NCBI GenBank assembly: GCA_963848135.1 | Contig: CAWKCK010000017.1 | Coordinates: 898,538-962,537 of the forward strand | Direction: 5' to 3' | Length of the DNA: 64,000 nt | From: an uncultured delta proteobacterium | GTDB taxonomy: Bacteria > Desulfobacterota > Desulfobacteria > Desulfobacterales > SG8-13 | Shown here: in pieces, positions 28,010 to 39,160 of the stretch | Layout: the number at the start of each line of letters is the position of its first letter | Numbering within the stretch: the stretch's first letter is position 1 | The notes under the pieces: model-generated | The model's database searches: none | The model's input: the letters and a program-made list of their open reading frames with translations, nothing else | What the model was told of the DNA's origin: nothing | Translations under genes and position numbers: made by a program

Positions 28010-29742
28010 ATGCCGCCGAACGAAAATATTTCCGCATAAGGGTTGCCCTTGTGGGCCTCTTTTTCGGCTTCTTTCTGGCTGTTATTTGCGGGAAAGCCGC
28101 CCACCTGCAAATCTACCGCGGTCCATGGCTGTCGGATATGGCGGCGGATCAATATGAAGCTTCGGTAAAATCATCGGGAAAGCGCGGAACCATTTACGAC
28201 CGTAAAATGTCGGAACTGGCGGTCAGCATCCCAGTGACCTCCATTGCCGCTTACCCAAGGCGGATAAAAAATCCGGCCGCGGTGGCGGCGTCGTTAGACA
28301 AACCGCTTAAAATGAATCGCCGCTCCCTCAAGAAAAGTTTGCAATCCAAGAAATCCTTCGTTTGGATCAAAAGGCAGGCCACACCCCGGGAAGTCGAACA
28401 GATAAGGAAACTGAACATCGAGGGTATCGGATTTGTCCCTGAGTACAACCGTTTCTATCCCCAAAAAACCCTTGCCGCCCAAGTCATCGGGTTCACCGGT
28501 GTGGACGGTGAGGGATTGGAAGGTGTCGAACATTATTACAATCGTTATTTGAAAGGAACCGCATCGGAGCGCACGTTTCTTCGGGACGCATTCGGTCATC
28601 GGATCGTTTCCGATGATAAGGAAGCACCGGATTTCAGCGGTCACAATTTGATCCTGACAATCGATCAATCGATCCAGTTTATCGCCGAAAAAACGTTGAA
28701 AGATACCGTCGAGGAGTATGAGGCCAATGGCGGCATTGTGATCGTCATGGCACCCAAAACCGGTGCCATTTTGGCCATGGCTCAATATCCCAATTTCAAC
28801 CCCAATGCCTACCGTAAATTCAAAACCGAGCATTGGCGCAATCGGGCCATCACCGATTCCATCGAACCGGGTTCGACCATGAAAATTTTCAGTGCCACTG
28901 CTGCTATCGACGCTGTCGGATTATCGCCCAATACTATTTTTTTCTGCGAGAACGGATCCTATCGTATCGGCAGAAAGATCATACGCGACATCAAAGCTCA
29001 CGGATGGCTCTCTTTACAACAAATAATCAAGTATTCCAGTAATATCGGAGTGATAAAACTCAGCGAGGATGTCGGTGCCGAACGGCTGTATAAAACTCTG
29101 ACACAGTTCGGCTTCGGTTCGAAAACCGGTTTTGATGCCCCCGGGGAAACCTCTGGCAGCCTGTCCAATTACCGAAAATGGCGTCGCATGGACACCAGCG
29201 CGATTGCATTCGGTTACGGGGTGGCCGTTTCGCCCCTGCAATTGGTAACAGCCGTCTCAGCAATCGCTAATAAGGGTGTTCTTGTACAACCCTACCTGGT
29301 GTCGCAGATAACAGATCAGGATAACCAGATCATTGACTCTATTGCTTCGCGAGAGATGCGGCGGGTTATTTCTGAAGACAGTGCACAAACGGTTCGAAAC
29401 ATTCTCCGAACTGTTGTTAGCGAAGGCGGGACAGGTGCCCGCGCGGCCCTGGACGGCTACTCGGTTTGTGGTAAAACCGGAACCGCCAAAAAGCTCGCCG
29501 CGGACGGCACGTATTCTAGCAAAGATTATATTGCTTCATTTATCGGATTCACCCCGTCCGAAGACCCGGCGATAGTTGTGCTGGTGATCATCGACGAACC
29601 GAGAAAAGAATACTACGGCGGAATCGTGGCCGCGCCGGCGTTCCGGCGGATCGCTCAGGAAACCCTTAATTACCTCAATATACATCCTGACAGCCTCGGC
29701 GACCACCTGGCTGTCAACCGGCAGTCGGAAGGTCGAATTTGA
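28006..29742 (+). CDS. ftsI: Peptidoglycan D,D-transpeptidase FtsI (class B PBP)
   Basis: 578 aa with an N-terminal TM helix and the motifs STMK (SxxK), SSN and KTGT. Confidence 0.9.
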   Translation: MNAAERKYFRIRVALVGLFFGFFLAVICGKAAHLQIYRGPWLSDMAADQYEASVKSSGKRGTIYDRKMSELAVSIPVTSIAAYPRRIKNPAAVAASLDKPLKMNRRSLKKSLQSKKSFVWIKRQATPREVEQIRKLNIEGIGFVPEYNRFYPQKTLAAQVIGFTGVDGEGLEGVEHYYNRYLKGTASERTFLRDAFGHRIVSDDKEAPDFSGHNLILTIDQSIQFIAEKTLKDTVEEYEANGGIVIVMAPKTGAILAMAQYPNFNPNAYRKFKTEHWRNRAITDSIEPGSTMKIFSATAAIDAVGLSPNTIFFCENGSYRIGRKIIRDIKAHGWLSLQQIIKYSSNIGVIKLSEDVGAERLYKTLTQFGFGSKTGFDAPGETSGSLSNYRKWRRMDTSAIAFGYGVAVSPLQLVTAVSAIANKGVLVQPYLVSQITDQDNQIIDSIASREMRRVISEDSAQTVRNILRTVVSEGGTGARAALDGYSVCGKTGTAKKLAADGTYSSKDYIASFIGFTPSEDPAIVVLVIIDEPRKEYYGGIVAAPAFRRIAQETLNYLNIHPDSLGDHLAVNRQSEGRI

Positions 29743-31326
29743 ACCTCAGAGCCCTGATAAGCGGTATGCCCACAGAGCGCATCGATGGCCGATCGGTCCA
29801 AAGTAACGACGAATTCGACCCTTCGTCGGGCCGCGGTCCGGACATTACGTCGCTGCATGTCCGGGCCCAGAACGTATTGCCCGGAGGGCTTTTTATCGCC
29901 ATTCAGGGATTTACTGCCGACGGCCACGACTACATCGAGCAAGCTTTGAAGAAGGGGGCGCTGGCAGTAATTTCTCAGAAACCGGTAACCGTCCCCGTAA
30001 ACATAGCGTTGATAGAAGTAAAAAACACGCGGGCCGCGCTGGCTTGGTTATCGGCCCGTTTTTATGGGGCGCCATCTGAAAAGCTGGTCGTGGTTGGCAT
30101 TACCGGAACCAATGGCAAAACCACCACGTCATATCTTTTGGAAAGTATGCTCCACCAGGCGGGACTGGCCACGGGCGTTGTCGGCACCGTAAATTACCGT
30201 TTTGCCGGCAAAGAATACAACAATCCGGTCACCACGCCTGAGTCACTGGACCTGCAGCGGATTCTCAGGCAAATGCAAGACAAAGGGGTGACACACGTTG
30301 TGCTGGAGGCATCTTCCCACGCCCTGGACCTGCACCGGGTGGACGGATGTTGGATGGATATAGGGGTTTTTACCAACCTATCCCAGGATCATTTGGACTA
30401 TCACGAGGACATGGCCGGCTACTGGTCTTGCAAGAAAAAACTGTTTACCGAGATCCTCTGTTCCGGTCCTAAAAAGGATCGCGCGATGGCCGTTATCAAT
30501 AGCAATGATCCCCGGGGAAGAGAACTCGAACAAATCCACGATCTCCGGCACATAACGGTCGGCGAATCACGGGATAACGATATCTGGTGCGAGGCAGCCG
30601 AACAGAGCCTTTCCGGCATCAATGGCAGAATCCATACCCGGACGGGTGCGTTCGAATTCTGCTCGACCCTGGTGGGCATGCACAATCTGGAGAACATTCT
30701 GTGTGCCACCGGAGCCGGCATCGCTCTCGGACTGCCGCTGGACAGAATTAAAGCCGGCATTGAAAACCTGGCGAAAATTCCGGGACGCCTCGAACCGGTT
30801 GTCAATGATCGGGCACGCTTCATTTTCGTCGATTATGCACATACTCCGGATGCACTTCAAAATGTATTGACGGCTCTGACGAGCTGTTGCCCGCAAACGG
30901 ATCCTTTGTGTGTTTGGCTGCGGCGGAGACAGGGACAGAGGGAAACGCCCCCAGATGGGGGCCATCGCCGCCCGGATGTGCGACCTGGCCGTGGTGACCT
31001 CTGACAACCCCAGGTCGGAACCCCCGTTGCGGATTATCGAACAGATACTGGTCGGTACCCGACAGGACGGGCAGCATGAATATTTACCCGCCGAGTTGCA
31101 AAATGGAATCACGGAAAAGGGGTATACCGTGGAGCTGGATCGGCGCACAGCCATTCGCTTGGCCATCGCCGCTTCAGAACCAGGAGATACGGTTCTTATC
31201 GCCGGCAAAGGGCATGAAACCTATCAGATCATCGGAGACCGAACCATTGCCTTCGACGATCGTCTGGAGGCTGCCAGGGCCATAGCGAACATTAACAACG
31301 ATCCGGCAGCGGGGCCTCCGGCATGA
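29739..31326 (+). pseudogene. murE: UDP-MurNAc-tripeptide synthetase MurE, interrupted by a 1-nt frameshift near 30880-30890 in this sequence
   Basis: Frame A (29739-30884) carries GITGTNGKTTT and DYAHTPDAL, then degenerates into nonsense. Frame B (open from 30880 to 31326) carries RILCVFGCGGDRDRGKRPQMG and TSDNPRSE. Skipping one base gives a product of normal length. Confidence 0.85.
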
Positions 31327-32760
31327 AAAATTCGATGAAGCCGGCAATGTCGCCGCAGACATGGACAGTGACCGATTGTACGCGGGCCACCGGCGGCGAT
31401 CTACTCGGCGGTGAAGCCGGTCGTGAATTCGATGCCATTTGCATCGATTCACGCCAGGTGGGCTCCGAAAGACCTGTTCGTTGCGATCAAGGGGGAGACC
31501 CATGACGGTCACCGCTTCGTTGCCGATGTTGTCGGCACGGGCGTCAAGGGGCTCCTGCTGTCCCGGTCCAAACTCGAAAAACTGCCCTGGGAAGACTGGA
31601 TCAGAGAAGGCGTGGCCTGCATCGCCGTTGACGACACCATCGTGGCGCTGGGTCAGCTGGCGGCCTATCATCGCAACCGAAACAACGCCAGGGTCATCGG
31701 TATAACCGGATCCAACGGTAAAACCACCACCCGGAAGATGACAGCGGTGGTGCTCTCAAGGCAATACCGGACCCTGTCGACCCGCAAAAACTTCAACAAC
31801 AATATTGGGCTACCGTTGACGCTCTTTGAACTTTGCCCGCAACATCGTTGGGCGGTCATCGAAATGGGAATGAACGCTCCCGGCGAAATCGGTTACCTGG
31901 CGGAAATATGCCGGCCGGATATCGGCGTCATCACCAATGTCGCGGCGGCGCACCTTGAAGGATTGGGGTCGATCGAAGGTGTCATGCACGCCAAAGGGGA
32001 ACTATTAGATAAAATCGATCCTGGGGGAACAGCGGTTCTCAATGCCGATGACCCGATGGTCCGCCGCCTGGCCCGCAAGGCGGTCTGCGAGGTCATTCTT
32101 TTCGGTCTGGCGGAAGACGCCACCGTGCGGGCCACCGATATCACCACCACAAAAATGGGCAGTCGCTTCGATCTGATCCTGCCCGGTGATCGCGTGGCCG
32201 TCGATTTTAAAGTTCCAGGTCGCTTCATGGTGTTAAATGCCTTGGCCGCAGCAGCCGTCGGACACAGAATCGGATTATCGGCCCAGGAAATCAAGGCCGG
32301 CCTCGAAGCCTTTGTACCGGTTCGGGGACGCTTGAATATCATGTCGACACGGTCCGGGATCCATTTGATCGACGACACATACAATGCCAACCCCGGATCG
32401 ATGGCGGCGGCACTGACAACCCTTGACGCATTGCGCAAAAGTCAGCGCGCTTTCTTCGTGGCCGGCGACATGCGCGAACTGGGCCCGCAGTCTCAAGCAC
32501 TGCATCTCGAACTCGGGGCCCTTGCGGCCCGCTCGGGAATCAGTGCACTTTTCGTCACCGGAGATTTTGCGGAAAGTGTCGCTCGGGGGGCCGGCGAAGC
32601 GGGAATGGACGCGCGGCGCATCATCACTGGAACCAAGGAAGATCTTCTGAGCAGACTCGTCAGGATGCTGAAGCCCAGCGATTGGGTTTTGGTCAAAGGA
32701 TCGCGGGCCATGGCCATGGAGGACATCGTTAGCCGTATCCGTGAGTGGGCAGATCAATGA
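31323..32760 (+). pseudogene. murF: UDP-MurNAc-pentapeptide synthetase MurF, interrupted by a 1-nt frameshift near 31458-31466 in this sequence
   Basis: The ATG at 31323 overlaps the murE stop (ATGA). This frame encodes the MurF N-terminus (WTVTDCTRATGGDLLG...AICIDSRQV) and stops at 31505. The +1 frame continues PKDLFVAIKGETHDGHRF, GITGSNGKTTT and onward to 32760. A GGG run at 31460-31462 is the likely indel site. Confidence 0.85.
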
Positions 32761-32806
32761 TTAGACATTTATCCTAAACAATAAATCAGAGGAATCGGGC
32801 TAAAAC

Positions 32807-33886
32807 GTGCTGTACCATCTTCTCTATCCGCTGCATGTGACCATTTCGGCATTCAACGTTTTCCGGTACATCACTTTCCGGGCGATTTACGCCAGCCTGA
32901 CGGCTTTTCTGATCTGCTTCATTCTGGGTCCCTGGTTTATCCGTAGACTCAGGACCATGCAAGTCGGCCAATATATCCGCGATGATGGGCCCCAGGCTCA
33001 CCTCAAGAAAGCCGGCACCCCGACTATGGGCGGTACGTTGATTATCTTTGCGATTGTGCTGTCGACTTTGTTGTGGGCAAATCTGACCAATTTCTACATC
33101 TGGATTCTGCTGGGGATCTCGATCAGCTATGCGGCCATTGGTTTTGTCGATGATTATCTGATGCAGGTCAAAAAGCGAAGCAAGGGACTCAGCGCTCGCG
33201 GCAAGCTGGTTCTCCAAGTCCTGTTCGCACTTCTGGCAGGGGTGATGGTTTGCAGCCGCCCTGATTTCAATACCCAGGTTACGGTACCGTTTTTCAAAAA
33301 TTTGACACCGGACCTGGGTTGGGCCTATGTCGTGTTCGCCGCATTCGTGATCGTCGGCACCTCGAACGCAGTGAACCTCACCGACGGCCTGGATGGGCTG
33401 GCCATCGGCCCGGTAGTGATTGCCAGTGTCACTTACATGATTTTTGCTTATGTGGCCGGGCACGTCAAAATCGCTGACTACCTCCAGATCAATTATGTAG
33501 TCGGTAGCGGAGAAGTAACCGTCTTTTGCAGCGCCATGGCCGGCGCCGGTATCGGGTTTTTGTGGTTCAATGCATACCCGGCCCAGATGTTCATGGGTGA
33601 TGTCGGATCACTTCCGCTGGGAGGCGCCCTCGGTGCCATCGCGGTGATAACAAAACAAGAAATTCTCCTGGTCATCGTGGGCGGGCTGTTCGTGATGGAA
33701 GCCCTGTCGGTTATTTTTCAGGTCGGTTTCTTTAAGGTCACCAAAGGCCGGCGAATATTCAGAATGGCCCCATTGCACCACCATTTCGAACTGAAGGGCT
33801 GGGCAGAGCCTAAAGTCATCGTCCGATTCTGGATCATTGCCATCGCCCTGGCACTGGTAGCAATGAGCACGCTGAAATTGAGATAA
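32807..33886 (+). CDS. mraY: Phospho-N-acetylmuramoyl-pentapeptide transferase MraY
   Basis: 359 aa, polytopic, with motifs [23 protein letters not shown] and PLHHHFE. Confidence 0.95.
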   Translation: MLYHLLYPLHVTISAFNVFRYITFRAIYASLTAFLICFILGPWFIRRLRTMQVGQYIRDDGPQAHLKKAGTPTMGGTLIIFAIVLSTLLWANLTNFYIWILLGISISYAAIGFVDDYLMQVKKRSKGLSARGKLVLQVLFALLAGVMVCSRPDFNTQVTVPFFKNLTPDLGWAYVVFAAFVIVGTSNAVNLTDGLDGLAIGPVVIASVTYMIFAYVAGHVKIADYLQINYVVGSGEVTVFCSAMAGAGIGFLWFNAYPAQMFMGDVGSLPLGGALGAIAVITKQEILLVIVGGLFVMEALSVIFQVGFFKVTKGRRIFRMAPLHHHFELKGWAEPKVIVRFWIIAIALALVAMSTLKLR

Positions 33887-33889
33887 CAC

Positions 33890-35305
33890 ATGGATTTGGC
33901 AAACAAGAAAATTGTGGTTGTCGGCCTCGGCTCAAGCGGTGTGGCCACGGCTCGATTCCTCAGAAACCGCGGGGCGGTTGTAACCGCCACCGATATGGCC
34001 GGTGAAACGGAATTGGGTCCCGCAGCCCTCTTGCTCCGCGAAAGGAACGTCCGACTGGAATTAGGCGGGCATCGTCTCAAGACCTTTGAAACCGCAGATC
34101 TTATCGTCACCAGTCCCGGCGTTCCCCACACGGCCGCCCCCCTATTGCACGCCAAGGCACATAACATCACCGTGCTGGGCGAGATGGAGCTGGCCGCCCG
34201 CTTCGTTAAGGATCCGATTGTGGCCATCACCGGCACCAATGGCAAAACGACGACAACAACCCTGATCGGGGACATGCTAACGCGTTCCGGTTTCCAGGTT
34301 TTTGTCGGTGGAAACATCGGCACACCCCTCATCAGCTATGTCGACCGGAACGAGAAAGCGCAAATCGTGGTGGTCGAGGTCAGCAGCTTTCAACTCGACA
34401 CCATCGATCGCTTCCGTGCCAACGTAGCGGTGCTGCTAAACATCGCCGAAGACCATCTTGACCGCTACCCGAACATGGATGCATACGCACAATCGAAGGC
34501 CCGCATCTTCAATAATCAAGGGCCGGATGATGTGGCCGTCATAAATGGTGACGACACGCGGATCGAGGCCCTGACGGCCAGCCTTGCCGCGCGTCGGTTT
34601 TCCTTTACCAGAAACGTCACCGGGCAGCGTAAATCCGTTGTCGAGGGTGCCGTCATAACCGAACACGCTATCGTCTTCGATCCCCGAATCGTAAAGAGTA
34701 TGCCACAGGCGGATGTTTCGAAAATCCCTGCCGGCGAACAGGCGGTCATCCCCTTTTCAGCCATCAAGCTTTTCGGTCGTCACAACCAGGAGAATACAGC
34801 GGCAGCCGCTCTGGCGGTTATTGCGGCCGGCGGAAATATGCCCGGCATCAAGGCCGCCCTGAAGGATTTTGCCGGTCTGCAGCACCGCCTGGAGTTTGTC
34901 GCCACGATTGGGGGGGTCCGTTATTACAACGATTCCAAGGCAACCAATGTCGATGCCGTCATCCGCGCCCTGGAGTCCTTCAGCGAACCGGTCGTGCTTC
35001 TTTTAGGCGGCCGCAACAAGGACGGCGATTTCACAATTCTGGCGGACAGCGTCCGCCGCCGCGTGAAGAATCTGATCTTGTTCGGGGAAGCGCGCGAAGA
35101 AATCGATACGGCATTGAAAGGAGTCATTTCAGCAGTTTTCGCCCCATCAATGGCAGAAATGGTTGAGAGAGCCGCTGAAATATCCACAACCGGTGACGTT
35201 GTCCTTTTATCGCCGGGTTGCGCCAGTTTTGACATGTACGAAAATTATGCCCGGCGCGGCGATGATTTTCGCCTCTGCGTCGAAAAATTGAGAAAAGCGG
35301 CCTGA
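33890..35305 (+). CDS. murD: UDP-MurNAc-L-Ala-D-Glu ligase MurD
   Basis: 471 aa with motifs VVGLGSSG and ITGTNGKTTTT. Position in the dcw cluster fits. Confidence 0.95.
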   Translation: MDLANKKIVVVGLGSSGVATARFLRNRGAVVTATDMAGETELGPAALLLRERNVRLELGGHRLKTFETADLIVTSPGVPHTAAPLLHAKAHNITVLGEMELAARFVKDPIVAITGTNGKTTTTTLIGDMLTRSGFQVFVGGNIGTPLISYVDRNEKAQIVVVEVSSFQLDTIDRFRANVAVLLNIAEDHLDRYPNMDAYAQSKARIFNNQGPDDVAVINGDDTRIEALTASLAARRFSFTRNVTGQRKSVVEGAVITEHAIVFDPRIVKSMPQADVSKIPAGEQAVIPFSAIKLFGRHNQENTAAAALAVIAAGGNMPGIKAALKDFAGLQHRLEFVATIGGVRYYNDSKATNVDAVIRALESFSEPVVLLLGGRNKDGDFTILADSVRRRVKNLILFGEAREEIDTALKGVISAVFAPSMAEMVERAAEISTTGDVVLLSPGCASFDMYENYARRGDDFRLCVEKLRKAA

Positions 35306-35319
35306 GGCTAAATTTTAAG

Positions 35320-36486
35320 ATGATGAGGAAAGCTGTGGCGGAAAAACCTTCCCATATGACATCCATCAATTACGATGTCCGCCTCCTCTTTCCGGCGCTG
35401 TTTCTGGTCGGGGTCGGCATCGTGATGGTCTATTCCGCCAGTTCAGCCGTTGCACTGAAAACCTTCGGTAATGGCTATCTGTTTCTTCAGAAACAGGCCG
35501 CTTTCGCACTGTTCGGCACAGCGGTTCTGGTGGCCGGCTGTCACATTCCGTACCATTGGTATCGCCCGTTGGCCTACCCGATTCTGGTACTCGCCCTCGT
35601 TTTCCTGGCCTTGGTTCACATTCCCGGATTCGGCACTTCAGCGGGAGGATCGACCCGCTGGTTGAACCTTGGACCGGTTACCTTCCAACCCTCGGAAGTC
35701 GGACGCCTGGCATTGATTATCTACCTGGCTTACTCGCTGGATAAGAAGCAGGCGCTGCTGAAAAATTTCACCATCGGCTTCCTGCCTCACGCAGTGGTGC
35801 TGGCCATTTTCGCGGCCCTGATCATCACCCAGCCCGATTTCGGTACGGTGGCCATTTTAGCGACCCTGACCTGGATCATGCTCTTTGCCGGCGGCGTCCG
35901 CATTATCCATCTTTTGCTGTCTCTCGTCCTGCTGCTTCCTGTGGGATATTACTTCATGGTCAACGCCACCTATCGCCTTAAACGGCTTCTCAGTTTCCTG
36001 GATCCGTGGCAGTACCCTTCGGCCGAAGGCTACCAGGTCATCCATTCACTGATGGCATTCGGTACCGGAGGGCTTTGGGGAACCGGCGTCGGAAAAGGAT
36101 ACCAAAAGCTTTTCTACCTTCCGGAGCCTCACACGGACTTTATTTTTGCTGTCATTGGAGAGGAATTGGGATTGTTAGGGGTCGTCCTCATCCTATCACT
36201 ATACGCCGCAATTCTGTGGCGGGGAATTGGAATTGCCCGCAACGCTTCGGATAACTTTGGGTCTTATCTGGCATTGGGGCTCACCGCCGGCATCGTCCTC
36301 CAGGTTTGTGTCAACATGGCCGTAGCACTCGGGCTTCTGCCCACCAAAGGGTTGACACTCCCATTTTTGAGCTACGGTGGAACCTCACTTCTGATCAACA
36401 TGGCCTCGATCGGTATCTTAATGAACATCGGCGCATCATCACGGTCGGGCCCAAAACGTCGGAGACGCAGTCATGAAGGCCGGTAA
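35320..36486 (+). CDS. ftsW: SEDS peptidoglycan polymerase FtsW
   Basis: 388 aa, about 10 TM helices, with motifs QPSE, PDFGT, LPEPHTDFIF and LPFLSYGG. Confidence 0.9.
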   Translation: MMRKAVAEKPSHMTSINYDVRLLFPALFLVGVGIVMVYSASSAVALKTFGNGYLFLQKQAAFALFGTAVLVAGCHIPYHWYRPLAYPILVLALVFLALVHIPGFGTSAGGSTRWLNLGPVTFQPSEVGRLALIIYLAYSLDKKQALLKNFTIGFLPHAVVLAIFAALIITQPDFGTVAILATLTWIMLFAGGVRIIHLLLSLVLLLPVGYYFMVNATYRLKRLLSFLDPWQYPSAEGYQVIHSLMAFGTGGLWGTGVGKGYQKLFYLPEPHTDFIFAVIGEELGLLGVVLILSLYAAILWRGIGIARNASDNFGSYLALGLTAGIVLQVCVNMAVALGLLPTKGLTLPFLSYGGTSLLINMASIGILMNIGASSRSGPKRRRRSHEGR

Positions 36487-37642
36487 CATTCCCCAATTTC
36501 TATCGGGCCTGCTATGTGCAGCGGCCACGGCAACAGCCGTCGCCGGACGGCTTCTTGTCGCCGGTGGGGGAACCGGCGGCCATCTGTTTCCGGGTATAAC
36601 CATTGCGGAAGAATTCATGTCGCGCCATCCGCTGAATAAGGTTCTCTTTGTCAGTGCCGGCAACCGGTTCGAACAGGAGGCCTTGTCCCGGGTGGGCTTT
36701 CCTCTTAAGAGAATTTCCGTAGCGGGTCTCAAAGGGAAAGGTGTATGGCGGAAGATCAATTCCCTGTCGCTTTTACCGATCGGTGTATTGCAATCGATGA
36801 TGATCCTCAGAGCCTACCGGCCAAATCTCGTGTTGGGCGTCGGGAGTTATGCCGCCGGTCCCATCGTGTTGGCTGCATGGTTAAACGGCATACCGGTCGT
36901 TCTGCACGAACAAAACATCCTTCCGGGAATTACGAATCGGGTCCTGGCCCGTTTTGCCCGCAGGATTTACGTTTCTTTTGAAAACACGGCCGGTGGGTTC
37001 GATCCAGAAAAAATCCGGTTGACCGGCAACCCGGTGAGAAAAAAAATATTGCTGGAAGCCGATAGCACTGATCCGCGAGATGACGGTCCGACGCCCGCAG
37101 AACAACCGCTGAATGTATTAATTGTGGGCGGCAGTCAGGGAGCCCACGCCATCAACGAAGCAATGATCGACACACTCCCTTTTATCGCCCGGAAAGCGCA
37201 GCTGCGGGTCGTGCACCAAACCGGGGCTGCAGATGAATTGCGAGTCAAATCCGTATACGGGACCAATGGTATCGAAGCCACGGTTGGATCATTTTTTGAA
37301 AACATGGATCACCAGTACCGATTGGCGGATCTGATCATCTGTCGCGCAGGGGCCACGACGGTCGCTGAAATCACCGCCATTGGCAAAGCGGCCATTTTCA
37401 TTCCATTTCCCTTTGCGGCCGATAACCACCAGAAACTGAACGCCGACGCCCTGACCGCGTACGGCGCCGCAGAAATGATTGAAGAAAAGGAACTCAGCGC
37501 TGAACGGCTAGCGGATCGGATCAATCATTATGCCCAAAACCGCGACAGCTTGGCCCGCATGGCGAGCGCTGCGCGGCGCCTCGGCAAGCCGGAAGCCGCC
37601 CGTCAAATTGTCGACGATTGCTACCGTCTGATGAAAGACTAA
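36473..37642 (+). CDS. murG: Lipid II synthase MurG (UDP-GlcNAc transferase)
   Basis: 389 aa with motifs GGGTGGHLFPG and RAGATTVAE. Confidence 0.9.
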   Translation: MKAGNIPQFLSGLLCAAATATAVAGRLLVAGGGTGGHLFPGITIAEEFMSRHPLNKVLFVSAGNRFEQEALSRVGFPLKRISVAGLKGKGVWRKINSLSLLPIGVLQSMMILRAYRPNLVLGVGSYAAGPIVLAAWLNGIPVVLHEQNILPGITNRVLARFARRIYVSFENTAGGFDPEKIRLTGNPVRKKILLEADSTDPRDDGPTPAEQPLNVLIVGGSQGAHAINEAMIDTLPFIARKAQLRVVHQTGAADELRVKSVYGTNGIEATVGSFFENMDHQYRLADLIICRAGATTVAEITAIGKAAIFIPFPFAADNHQKLNADALTAYGAAEMIEEKELSAERLADRINHYAQNRDSLARMASAARRLGKPEAARQIVDDCYRLMKD

Positions 37643-37712
37643 AAAGAAACGATGAGGCGAAAACGTCAATTGATACGACAACCTGCAAACATATTATCTG
37701 GACCGGTAAAGC

Positions 37713-39095
37713 ATGTACCGTAAACAGTACCACATCCATTTTGTCGGCATCGGCGGTATCGGCATGAGCGGTATTGCCGAGCTTCTGCTGAACCTCGGCT
37801 ACAAAGTTTCCGGGTCCGATCTTAAATCCTCGGACACGACTGAGCGTCTGAAACGATTTGGCGGCACCATATTCCGGGGGCACGAGGCGCATCAGGTCGA
37901 AAACGCCAATGTGGTGGTCGTCTCTTCGGCCGTCGATGATAACAATCCTGAAATTCAGGCGGCACGCCAGGTGTCGATCCCGGTCATTCCCCGCGCGGAA
38001 ATGCTGGCCGAACTCATGCGCTTAAAGTACAGTATTGCCATCGCTGGCGCTCACGGAAAAACAACCACCACCTCGATCGTCGCTGCTGTTCTCGATCGCG
38101 GCGGGCTCGACCCCACGGTGGTGATCGGCGGCAAACTCAAAAGCATCGACACCAACGCCCGCCTCGGAGAGGGGGAGTTCATCGTGGCCGAGGCCGATGA
38201 GAGTGACGGATCGTTTTTGAAAATGTCTCCCGCAATTGCCGTCGTCACCAATATCGACCGCGAGCATCTCGATCACTACGGGGATCTGGATGATATCAAG
38301 TCCGCCTTTCTCAATTTCATCGACCGCATCCCCTTCTATGGGCTGGCCATTCTTTGTTTGGACAACGAATCGGTTCAGGATCTTATCCCGGACATTAAAA
38401 AACGCTACACCACATACGGCATAAGCGCCCAGGCCGATATACAGGCCAAAAACGTTCGTTTCGATCGGCTCCAAAGCCGTTTTTCGCTCTACCGTCGCGG
38501 CGACCATCTGGGAGACGTCCGTTTGAATCTTCCTGGCATCCACAATGTTTACAATTCCATGGCGAGCGTTGCGGTAGGCCTCGAACTTTCCATACCGTTT
38601 GATACCATCAAAGACGCCTTGGAAACACTGGAAGGCGTCCAGAGGCGCATGGAGATAAAGGGCGAGTGCAACGGCATCACTGTCGTCGACGACTACGGTC
38701 ACCACCCCACTGAAATAAAGGCCACCCTGCAGGCAGCCAAAGAAGCCTGGCCGGACCGCAGAATCGTTGTGGTATTCCAACCGCATCGGTATTCGCGCAC
38801 CCGGGCCCTGTTTGACGACTTCACCCGTTCTTTTTATCAGTCGGATATTTTACTGGTGCTGCCGATATATTCGGCCGGTGAAAAAGTCCTCGAGGATGTG
38901 GACAGCTTCTCCATGTGTGACGGCATCCGTGAACACGGCCACAGGGAAGTCATCTGCAAGGAGAACTTGATGGCCGCGGTCGCCGAACTGAAAGATATTC
39001 TTCAAACCGGTGACATCTTGCTGACGTTGGGCGCCGGAGATGTATGGAAAGTGGGCGAAAGCCTTCTGGCTGAAATGCTACCGGAGGTTTCGTGA
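37713..39095 (+). CDS. murC: UDP-MurNAc-L-alanine ligase MurC
   Basis: 460 aa with motifs HFVGIGGIGMSGIAE, GAHGKTTTTS and DDYGHHPTEI. Confidence 0.95.
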   Translation: MYRKQYHIHFVGIGGIGMSGIAELLLNLGYKVSGSDLKSSDTTERLKRFGGTIFRGHEAHQVENANVVVVSSAVDDNNPEIQAARQVSIPVIPRAEMLAELMRLKYSIAIAGAHGKTTTTSIVAAVLDRGGLDPTVVIGGKLKSIDTNARLGEGEFIVAEADESDGSFLKMSPAIAVVTNIDREHLDHYGDLDDIKSAFLNFIDRIPFYGLAILCLDNESVQDLIPDIKKRYTTYGISAQADIQAKNVRFDRLQSRFSLYRRGDHLGDVRLNLPGIHNVYNSMASVAVGLELSIPFDTIKDALETLEGVQRRMEIKGECNGITVVDDYGHHPTEIKATLQAAKEAWPDRRIVVVFQPHRYSRTRALFDDFTRSFYQSDILLVLPIYSAGEKVLEDVDSFSMCDGIREHGHREVICKENLMAAVAELKDILQTGDILLTLGAGDVWKVGESLLAEMLPEVS

Positions 39096-39160
39096 GGCGC
39101 GTGCAATGAAAAGGGGATCTTCGATCCATTTCGCTGAAACGAAGGAACTATTATTCGGGA

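Noticed and set aside
31411-32760. Reading murF simply as the 449-aa ORF starting at 31411, with no frameshift
   Set aside because: That start would delete the conserved MurF N-terminal segment, which is clearly encoded in the adjacent frame from an ATG coupled (ATGA) to the murE stop. A frameshift explains the data better.
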